Below, in pieces: positions 25,119 through 35,094 of a stretch of DNA of 64,000 nucleotides. The position numbers were made by a program, and so were the translations under genes. Source of the stretch: Phyllobates terribilis (taxonomy: Eukaryota); contig NW_027362763.1 in assembly GCF_046119375.1 (NCBI RefSeq), positions 711,264,001-711,328,000 of the forward strand, given 5' to 3'. Below the pieces are notes generated by a model. The model had not been told where the DNA came from, searched no databases, and saw nothing but the letters and a program-made list of their open reading frames with translations. Positions within the stretch are counted from its first letter, which is position 1; every line of letters begins with the position of its first letter.

Positions 25119-26647
25119 TGTTGTAGAGAAAAATTATAAAATCAATACAGGCATCTCTGGAGAAGGGACATATCACCCTCACATTGAACATATGGGATTA
25201 AGTATAACCGGGGAAGTGAGAAAGAGCTGACACTTCAACTTCTATTGAAATAGGGCCTCCTGCCATGAACAGGTAATTACAGCAAGGGATCTCTGAGAAC
25301 CAGCCAAGTCTAGGATTCGTATACTCAGAGGCGGAGAATTCCAGAGGCAAGAGCTCTCTCTGTTGAAAGGAATTATCTCAGACTCTATGTAGCCAGTGGT
25401 CAGTGATGAATATTGGGGTTTGCATCGATCTGATATTTATGGGAGATATATTTTTGGTGTCATAGCGAAGGGACGAACATACTACATTCAATCACATCAC
25501 CATAAGGCTGGCCGAACACCTCCAACTTAATATCGTGCAGATTGATGATGCTATCCATGCTATCTCTATGTAAAGATAATATTGTCGGATGGCTTTCAAG
25601 TGAAGATATCCTGAAAGTTGGGGATCTCTTAAACGTCTAAAAGACCTAGCACTTTCCACGACCAGCCCCCATATGAGTTCACCAAGGAGAGGTATGTGGG
25701 CATAACGTTGATCTAATAAAAATCAGAGTTTGGGTCTCTGTCATTTGTTATTTCTTTAAGAAACAGTACTCTGTGGTTCTATCTGTTGCTCTAAGGAGTT
25801 CTTCTAAGGAGTGCTTCCCTCCGCTAAGCTCTGAGCCATTTCCGTGACAAAGGTTTAGTCCTTTTTCTTTTGTTATTCCTTTTTATATCATATGATTGTA
25901 TATACCGTATTGTTTTGTTCCCATTTTGTAAAATATTTGTATATTTTTTATAAACACTGCCTACCTTTCCGCATTGCATTTCTAAAACTTAATAGCTCAG
26001 TTCCTCTTGCTCTGTAAACCGCACCCTTGAAGCCAAGGGTAACTGGTGTCCAATTGACCTGTATAAAAAGTTGGTGGTAGCAGCTAGTAGTTCCTTTTGT
26101 TATTGTGGAGTTGGCAGTGATCGCATTGGAGTATATATATATTGTGGTAATGTGACTCACTCAGCTGCTCACAGAGGTAGACATAGGAACGTTTCTTCTG
26201 CTGGTTTATTTAAATCATGACATAAACCAGTGCAGGCTTCAACAAAATAAACATGGCCTTTCTGGAAAAAACGGGAAACAAAAAAATAACGGATAGCACA
26301 GTCCATATGCCTGTGGGAATCCGTCCACTCAAGGTACAATCAACAGAGTCCAGTACAGTTGCACATAAACACTTCTCTGGAGCTGCATGCAGACACACAG
26401 ACAGAGAAATAAACTCAGTGGTCGGACATTAAACTTGCCGAATCACACCCTTGGGGTGGAGATATGGTGAGCAGCCATCCCACTCATCTCTTACCGCTAC
26501 TTACAAAAAAGTCCAACCCTGTTATAGTCAATTAACCCCTCTCAGCACATAACATGCTGGAGAGAAACTTATGGGTTTTCACATCACGGAAGATAGCAAT
26601 CTTCGTGATACATATCTCCCCTCACATACATTGCTAGAGACCCTGTC

Positions 26648-26650
<3 letters not shown>

Positions 26651-26688
<38 letters not shown>
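26651..26688. repeat. (AT)n microsatellite
   Basis: Direct reading. Confidence 0.97.
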
Positions 26689-26690
<2 letters not shown>

Positions 26691-26843
26691 CATGCCTTGA
26701 AATCGGAGGTGTATATACCATATACTCACCGTCAGTTCCCAAAGAACTGGCCTAGTAGTGAAAACAGTCGCGGCCTTGTCCAATAGTCAATTGTGTCCTT
26801 GTCCTAAGGTTTATAGGTGGTGCAGTTGTGTCCCCTGACAAAT

Positions 26844-26861
26844 TGGTGGTAGCGATGGTAT
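26844..26861 (+). promoter_or_regulatory. Degenerate primer-binding site, tRNA-Leu type
   Basis: TGGTGGTAGCGATGGTAT matches 15 of 18 positions of TGGTGGCAGCGGTGGGAT (complement of the vertebrate tRNA-Leu 3' end) and starts 3 nt after an LTR-like CA end. Confidence 0.7.
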
Positions 26862-27582
26862 CTGCATGATTCCCCTGCTGTTATCCCTGACACTGACCAT
26901 AAGATCTTACACTCTACAGGAGAGAGAGACTTACCCAATGACTCTGGAGATGGAAAACGGCTCTGTCATACAAATTGTGCTCTGCTGGCAGCTACTGATC
27001 TGCGATGTCCCAGGTACTGAACAGCACTGTACAACGTATGATAATCTGCTAGATGTTGTAGCTGCAGTACGTTATGGGAAGGCCGTGCAAAATGTTTTTA
27101 GCCTGCTCTTTGATGCTTCAGCAGTGTGGGAAATGGCATTAGGCAAGTTTTTCTTGCAAACTGAGAATCGAATCTCAAAGTGTTTGAATCTGTGAGGAAC
27201 CGCAAATTTTAGGGAATTTGACTCAAACTCGATCCTCCGCGGAGTGCGCCAATCATCTCTATTGACCACTTTTAGGGACATTTTTTTTCTTTTTTTCTTA
27301 AATGCAAGTGTGGTTTGGGGCTAAAAATCATTTTTGGATTTGGGTTCTATGAAAAAGTTTTGCACCATTTGCCTTTTGCAGGCTTTTTGTTTTCCTGCAT
27401 ATTTAACTTTGATGAGATCTGTGGTTATAAATGAGCTGAGAGGAGCTCATAAAAAGACTGATAAAAGAGTTACAAGCTCCATATCACATCATGATAGTTA
27501 GCTCACTGCCAGATACTCAGGTAACCCATTCTACAGCAACCAATAAATAGTACAATACATGAGTGATTTATTTTTAACTCTC

Positions 27583-27721
27583 NNNNNNNNNNNNNNNNNN
27601 NNNNNNNNNNNNNNNNNNNNNNNNNNNNNNNNNNNNNNNNNNNNNNNNNNNNNNNNNNNNNNNNNNNNNNNNNNNNNNNNNNNNNNNNNNNNNNNNNNNN
27701 NNNNNNNNNNNNNNNNNNNNN
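27583..27721. other. Assembly gap (139 N)
   Basis: Run of N. Confidence 0.99.
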
Positions 27722-27937
27722 TGTTAAATGCTCTATTTTGTGTTTCTAATTCACTGGCAGTATCTCCAACCTAATGTAAATAATTGAAACAAATAAACAT
27801 ATACATAAAAATGTGAAATAAAATTGTAATCAACTTTTTTCCTTAATGAAATGTTAAAAAATTTGCCGTCCTGCTGTCCTCACCAAATATTAAACCATAA
27901 TTTATGGCATCCAATGGGAGATTTACAGAAGGCTTTT

Positions 27938-27938
<1 letters not shown>

Positions 27939-27984
<46 letters not shown>
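27939..27984. repeat. (CA)n(TA)n microsatellite
   Basis: Direct reading. Confidence 0.95.
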
Positions 27985-27987
<3 letters not shown>

Positions 27988-28404
27988 CTCCATGCTTTGA
28001 AATGTTATAAGACCGATCTGTTTCAGAATTAAAAAAAAGACAAAAGCAAAAAGACGATAAAAAATAAATAGATAATAATTAATTAAATACTTAAATAAAT
28101 AATACATGTCATTTGCAACTTTTCCTTTTATGAGTTGATTTCTTTTTACCACTTTTTTTTTTGTAGCAAACTTTAAATTAAAGTTAATTTAAATTAAAAT
28201 ATGCTTTAATTTTCTTTAACTTTAAATTAAAAGTAACTTATTATTTCTGTTTTGTAGCAAAAAAATGAAACCTGAGGTGTTCAAGAAAAAGAGTGTCATT
28301 CAGAAATGCGATGCAGGCATTATAAAAACACAATCCGGGTGCAAAGGCCCATCTTATGCAGTTTTTCTTCAAAACATAAAAAAAAAAAAATCTTAATGGC
28401 TTAC

Positions 28405-28490
28405 ATCTGCTGTATGACTTCAATTGCTTCTTTTCCTGTCTTGGTATGTGAGAAAATAGTCCAAGCTGGATTTCTGAGTTTCCCTAGTCT
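28405..28490 (-). other. Candidate internal coding exon (86 nt), unidentified
   Basis: Minus strand ..CTTAATTTCCTGTGCATCCTCACTAAACCAG| exon |GTAAGC. One open frame, RLGKLRNPAWTIFSHTKTGKEAIEVIQQ, in non-repetitive sequence. Confidence 0.3.
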
Positions 28491-29146
28491 CTGGTTTAGT
28501 GAGGATGCACAGGAAATTAAGCATATTCCGAGTGATGGAAATGTAATAACTCCGCGATTTAGGTCCAAATGTTGAAATGAAACAGTGCCTTAATACGGAA
28601 GCCACCCTTTAGAGGGGGGAAAAAAACCCTGACTGTTTCGGCTTCGAGGGTAGTCTGCTTAAGTCTCCAACATAGATTTCTCGGTAATTTTCCACACATA
28701 AAGTAATACTTTATTGCAATGCTGTTGATTTATTCGTGCCCTTAATAATATGTTATGCTATAATTTTTAAGGAAAAAAATAATGAACATTAAAATATATA
28801 TATATGTATCTGTTAGTTTGCACCAAAAAAAGAAAAATGGTTTTGCATTAAGTCTAGTAAATAGTTTATCTCCCATTTTCTAGAAGTCTTAAAATTTATA
28901 AAATGGGCAAAGAAAAACTTTTTACAGATGTGACATTATATGCCAGTGCATTAGATTGGGTCAAATTTTTATATCCAGACTCAGCACTGAAAATACACGA
29001 AATGTGGAGCAAAAGTTACTAATATAGATGCAGCAAAGCAGCTTAAAGATGATGATTTTTACATCGGCTGTCTAATTTGTAATCAGATTATTTCCCTGTT
29101 TCTCCAATATCTGTTATGTAACTCTATGAATAGTAGTGCTGTGCAT

Positions 29147-29184
<38 letters not shown>
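29147..29184. repeat. (TAGA)n microsatellite
   Basis: Direct reading. Confidence 0.95.
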
Positions 29185-29190
<6 letters not shown>

Positions 29191-30083
29191 CACTTAGTTA
29201 AATAGATAGACAGATAGATAGAAAATAAAGTGTTGCGCAATATGCAAAGCAAGAGCAAACGAGCATAGAAAATAAATAAAAATAGATACATTCACCTTTA
29301 GAATTAAAACATTAGAAATTAACAATTAAAACATGCAGCTTTTACTACCATAAGTTTCTTAATTTTTTTTTTTAAAGTGCTATTTCAAACTAAAGAAAAA
29401 AGTTTCATTTTTCTGTTTTACCGAGTAAACAGGGCAGGGCAAGTTTTTTTTTTTCCATCTGTGACAACAGCATAGTGTATCTAGAAAATATTAGTGTATT
29501 TTTTTTGTTGTATTTATATTTATTTTTTAGAGTTCTAATAAATCACAAAGACAAAAACTCCCAAAAGGCATTAGGAGAGTGAAATAATATAATATACAAA
29601 AAAATAGAGCAAATTGTAAATGAGTGAAATACAAAGAGAGACGGGTAGGCGAGGAAAAGGGAAAGAACAGAGAAAAAGTAAAACAATGGGGTAAGGGAAG
29701 AAAGCAGTGTCTGATCATCTCCAACCCACTCCATGAACCTAAAAGAGGCTCTAGAGAGATGTAGAAAATGATTGAGCCAATATGGTTTTGTATTCTCCTA
29801 GTACACTAGCCAATAATTCCAATTGTGGAGAAATGCTTTGTGGACAATATTCATTTGGGCAGTGATGGCAATAATATTTTGTAGGTTTTCGACATTCTGG
29901 AACCCCAATTTAAGAGAACAGGGTTCCTGATATCTCCAGAGCGCTGGGACTGAAGCTTTTGCGGTATTAACAAGATGGCGCAAGAAAGAACAATGGTTTC
30001 TGAGGTATGTAGCTATGACATGGGGAGAAAAAGGAAATATTTGTGTTCTTTTGATGTTCAGTATGCTCAGTGAGAAGCATTCA

Positions 30084-30600
30084 GTATTATTATTATTTAT
30101 TATAGTGCCATTTATTCCATGGCGCTTTATATGTGAAAAAGGGGTATACATAGCAAACAACAAGTACAATAGTTTGAACAAAAACAAGTCACCAACTGGT
30201 ACAGGAGGAGCGAGGACCCTGCCCGCGAGGGCTCACAGACTACAAGGGATAGGTGAGGATACAGTAGGTGAGGGTAGAGCTGGTCATGCAGCGGTATGGT
30301 GGAGCGGTGGTTACTGCAGGTTGTAGGCTTGTTGGAAGGGGTAGGTCTTCAGGTTCCTTATGAAGGTTTCCACAGTAGGCGAGAGTCTGATATGTTGGGG
30401 TAGAGAGTTCCAGAGTAGGGGGGATGCACGGGAGAAATCTTGTATGTGATTGTGGGAAGAGGAGATAAGAGGGGAGTAGAGAAGGAGATCTTGTGAGGAT
30501 CGGAGATCGCGTGCTGGTGAGTACCGGGAGACTAGGTCACAGATGTATGGTGGAGACAGGTTGTGGATAGCTTTGTATGCCAAAGTTAGGGTCTTCAACT
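30084..30600 (-). mobile_element. L2/CR1-group LINE 3' end, 5'-truncated, with (AAT)n tail
   Basis: Minus-strand translation LAYKAIHNLSPPYICDLVSRY..RDLRSSQDLLL..FSRASPLLWNSLPQHIR..NLKT is typical of an L2 ORF2 C-terminus. A second copy lies at 46726-47451. Confidence 0.88.
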
Positions 30601-30960
30601 TGAGTTCAATTATTATTATTATTATTATTAATGTTATATAATGAACATATTACATCTGAAAATAAATTTTAAAAAATGTGTAATTTTCGGTACATGGATT
30701 ATTCCAGATTTTTTTTCATCTGTGACATTGCTAAAGTACACTACTTTGATGAATAAATAGTTAAAATCATTTTGGTTCTATGTATGTACAGTTCCCTGAA
30801 GACAGGCATAACTTTCTGGGCTTCCAAAAGAAAATGATTGATTGTCACTATACCATGCGTTCATACAGTCAAACTTTATAAAGAGCATTTAGTCAAGGTA
30901 CATTTCATATTTGGTCAGTCCGATGCTTCTTCATTTCCTTGAATTATGTATTGTAAGGAC

Positions 30961-31986
30961 TAGAGATGGTCAAATCTTTTGTAATTAGAATTCGTTAGCT
31001 TTATCATATTTTCAGAAAAATTTGATTTGCAGTGCATTGATTTGCCAAGAATAGCAAATACTTGAAAGCCTGAAAATTGCCTGAAAAGTGTAATACTGTG
31101 AGTTCTCCTAGATCTGTAGCCAACCCCTTTCAAGCTCTTTAAAGATGTTTTTGCATTAAAGGGGTTGTCAAGGACTTTAACATTGATGGCCTATGCTTAG
31201 AATAGGTCATGATTCCCTGATCAGTGGAGGTGCAACACCCAGCACCCCCGTTGATCAGCTGTTCCCAGCACCAGTAGTGTTCCCTGTTTGGTTGCGGAGC
31301 TGCACAGTACAGCTCCATCTATGGAATAGTGGCCACAGCTGGGTCCTTCACATCCGTCCCCTATTGATTTGAATATGGGGCGGATGTGCATTACTCGGCC
31401 GCAGCCACTATACAGTTGACGAAGCTGTATTATGTAGTTCTGCAAGTGAGCAGTTCCATCCGCCGTCAACACCAGGAACAGCCCCCACTGATCAGACATT
31501 GATGACCTATCATGAGGATAGGCCATCAATGTTAAGGTCCAGACAATCTCTTTAAGGCAAACACATTCTTGATAATATCAGCGTGACCTCAACAAATATG
31601 GCAATAGATTGATGGATGTTAACTGTTCTTCATTGCTCTGCTGTTACACACAGCATGTAATGTTCAGTCAGTGTTTTATGGTTCTATTTTCCTATCTCTA
31701 TTACTAAGCTGTGAGCTGTGACGTCCTCTCATTGTCCAGATTCACCTTAATATGGCTGCTTAATTTCCTGCTTCTGCTTTTATACATGCTATGACAGTCC
31801 CTCCCAATTGGCTGCGCTATACCATCACTGAATAATGCATTCATCTGTTTTGGGTAAAATGGTGTCAGCATTTTATGAGAAATTTGCACAAAATGAATTG
31901 CAAATTGTTCAAATTCACTAAGTCCATAGAATTTTGTAAACTTTGGAACGCTTTCTACACGCAACAAATCGATTTGCTCATCTGTA
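30961..31986. mobile_element. Non-autonomous hAT element with a nested MITE
   Basis: TAGAGATGG... / ...GCTCATCTGTA ends. Perfect 8-bp TSD GTAAGGAC (30953-30960, 31987-31994). Confidence 0.88.
31160..31551. mobile_element. TTAA-targeting (T2/Kolobok-like) MITE, 392 bp
   Basis: TTAA|AGGGGTTGTC..TTAACATTGATGGCCTAT ... ATAGGCCATCAATGTTAAG..GACAATCTCT|TTAA. Confidence 0.88.
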
Positions 31987-34582
31987 GTAAGGACCAGACC
32001 TTCTCCACTCTCACTGACAATTCTAGACTCTTATGTAATTTACATGGCAGAAGAAAAGATAATTAAGTCAAAAAGTAAAAAAAAGCATTAAAATCCATAT
32101 ATTTTGTTTTGGTCGTTTGATTTGTTTTCTCAATGAATACAATCTGAAGGATGACGAAATTTTGCTCAATGTTACTTTCCAACATAAGAAAAATCAATAG
32201 ACCATACAGTGTCACAGCAAGGATGCAAGATCCTAATATGTCTCTCTGTGGGATGACCTCTCTTAAAATTACATCACTTCATATAGTAAAAATACATTGT
32301 ATCAATATTTCTTCTAGGGTGAACCTACAGAGTAATTTAAGTCTTGAGTAGAAGTGTTTCAATGTATGAAAGACATCTGATACCCGGACAATTTAATAAT
32401 CTCTGGTATGAATTAGGATCCCAGAATACAATACTAAGGAATATAAAAATAATATTCACTATTAGTTCTTCATGAAAAATGAAACATTTTAAATACATGG
32501 GATTTTATGGCGTTTTTGTGATATTTTATATATTTTTTTATATGTGAAAGTTGCTCAATTTCCACATAGAAAAGACAATGCTTTTAGGATCGATTTTGTA
32601 ATTTTTTGTTAAATATATTGGAAGGTCAATACTTGAGACAGGTCCTACGCTTTACAAAGAGCAAAATTACTAAAATATTTTGCTATATTTCTCTCTTGTT
32701 CAGGATATTAAATTCTTTACTGTTTTGTAGGGCAATTAGTTTATGCTGCTTCTACTGCTAACTGTATTTTTAATAAAGTGTGATTCTAAAACCTGAAGAA
32801 GACCTAAAGTATGTAGGTTCAATTCATTACCAAATTCTCTCCTAAGCAAAATTTTTTTGGATCAAAAAATTTAAATGTCCAATCAGAACTAGGCTAGCAA
32901 TTCTTCATGCACAGAAACCATTGGAAATCATGTATAGTGTCATGTAAAAGTTTGGGCACCCCTGGACAAAATTACAGTTATGTTGAACAGTTAAGCAAGG
33001 TGAAGATGAAATGATTTCTAAATGGCCTAAAGTTAAAGATGACACATTTCCTTTGTATTTTAGGCAAAAATTAAAAAAAATTATTCTCATTTTTTACATT
33101 TTAACCCCTTAATAACATCTGACGTACTAATACGCGTCTGTGCCCTGGGACTTAAGAGCCAGACCCGTATTAGTACGTCATCGCGATCGCGCGCGCACAC
33201 AGGCTGTGCGGGCGCGATCGCCGCCGGGTGTCAGCTGATTGTCACAGCTGACACCCGGTACTATGTGCAGGGAGCGGTCACGCACCGCTCCCAGCACATT
33301 AACCCCCGTGATGCTGCGATCGAAGTCGATCGCGGCATTGCGGGGGCAAGGGGAGGTGATCGGCGATACTCACCTCCTCTTCCGGCTTCCAGCGCAGTCT
33401 GCAAAGGCTTCCCGGGTGTTGCCATGACGACCCGATGTCGTCATGACAACATCCGGGTCACCAGAGAGCAGGAAGATTGCTTGGACATGCGCAGTGCATC
33501 TCCAAGCAATCTTCACACTGTGCACTTCTGACAGCCTTCATGGCATAGGGATGGTGCTCCATTCCTGTGCCATGCAGGCGATCAGAAAAAAAAAAGTGAA
33601 AGTCCCAGAGTGGGGCAAAGTAATAAAGTGTATAAACTGTGTGAAAGTGGAAAAAAAAAAATAAAAAAAATGTGCAAAAATATTATAAAAAAATAAAAAA
33701 AATAATACACCAAAAATAAAAATATAATGTACCCATCAATAAATATTATTATAAAAAAAATAAAAAAAAAACAATAAAAGTACACATATTTGGTATCGCC
33801 GCGTCCGGAACAACCTGACCTATAAAACTGTCCCACTAGTTAACCCCTTCAGTGAACACGGTAAAAAAAAAAAAAAAAAAACCAAGCAAAAAACAATGCT
33901 TTATCACCATACCGCCAAACAAAAAGTGGAATAACACGCGATCAAAAAGACGCATATAAATAAAAATGATACCGCTGAAAATGTCATCTCATCCCGCAAA
34001 AAACAAGCTGCCATATAGCTCCATCAGCCGAAAAATAAAAAAGTTATAGCTCTCAGAATAAAGCGATACTAAAAAATATTTTTTTCTATAAAATAGCTTT
34101 TATTGTGTATAAGCGCCAAAACATAGAAAAATGATACAAATGTGGTACCGCTGTAAACGTACTGACCCGAAGAGTAAAGCTGCCTCATCAATTTTACCAC
34201 ACGCGGAACAGAATAAAAAAAAAAAAAAAAAAAAAAAATTCCTGAATTGTTGGTTTTTGTTTATTCTGCCTCCCAAAAATCGGAATAGAAAGCGATCAAA
34301 AAATGTCACGTGCCTGAAAATGGCACCAATAACAACGTCAAGTCATCCCGCAAAAAACGAGCCGTCACATGACTGTCTGCCAAAATCTGGAAAAATTATA
34401 GCTTTCAAAATATGGCGATGCAAAAACTAGATTTTACAAAAAATGCGTCTTTTAGTGTGTGACAGCTGTCAGTCATAAAAACCCCATATGATTCTGGCAT
34501 TGCTGTAATCACACCGACCTGAAGAATAAAGTCGTCTAATCACTTATACCGCACAAGGAACGGCGTCAAAAATAAACTCTTG

Positions 34583-34704
34583 AGTTAGGATTGGGCTAGG
34601 GTTAGGGCTGGGTTTGGGGCTAGGGTTGTGCTGGGGCTAGGGTTGTGCTGGGGCTAGGGTTGTGCTGGGGCTAGGGTTGTGCTAGGGTTAGGGCTGGGGT
34701 TGGG
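34583..34704 (+). repeat. Telomere-like G-rich minisatellite
   Basis: GGGCTAGGGTTAGGG and four 17-bp GGGGCTAGGGTTGTGCT units. Confidence 0.85.
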
Positions 34705-34746
34705 ATTTTTTTCAAAAGTAAGAAAAAAAGATGACGATATGGCGAC

Positions 34747-35046
34747 TAGTGTTGAGAGCAAGTGCTCGCTACTTGAGTTTGCATCGGGTGCTCTGGTATG
34801 CATTTAGTATCGTGGGTATTTGAGTGACATGCTCGAGTCTCTGCCCCATATGCTTCGCGGCCAAAAAACTTTACGGGGATTGCCTGCCATGCACGAGCGA
34901 TCCCCGCATGTTTTTTTTTGGGTGTCTAATAACCGTGAAACATGCAGAGCAGGGACTCGAGCATGTCACTCGAGCACACGCTGTACATGGTGCATACCTG
35001 AGTACCCGATGCAAACTCAAGTAGCGAGCACTTGCGCTCAAGAATA
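34747..35046. mobile_element. hAT-derived MITE, 300 bp
   Basis: TAGTGTTGAGAGCAAGTGCTCGCTACTTGAGTTTGCATCGGG ... CCCGATGCAAACTCAAGTAGCGAGCACTTGCGCTCAAGAATA. The TSD is only 5 of 8. Confidence 0.8.
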
Positions 35047-35094
35047 ATGAAAACTTATTCAATATGATGACCTAATGTAAACAAATAATGTGCC

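Larger units (their letters stand above)
25119..26892 (+). mobile_element. Long LTR (about 1.72 kb) followed by a PBS and a second LTR terminus; internally deleted LTR retroelement
   Basis: TGTTG...TGACA ends. 5-bp TSD CTGAC (25114-25118, 26893-26897) within a minisatellite unit. CCCTGACA occurs at both 26840 and 26892. Confidence 0.85.
23155..27261. mobile_element. Probable non-autonomous hAT-derived element (TAGAGATGA-type end) containing a minisatellite and two LTRs
   Basis: Right end ...CCAATCATCTCTA matches the TIR type of 30961-31986 and 48924-60405. The left arm is degenerate and no TSD was found. Confidence 0.4.

Noticed and set aside
27559-27774. 71-aa ORF
   Set aside because: It spans the N gap and is an artefact.
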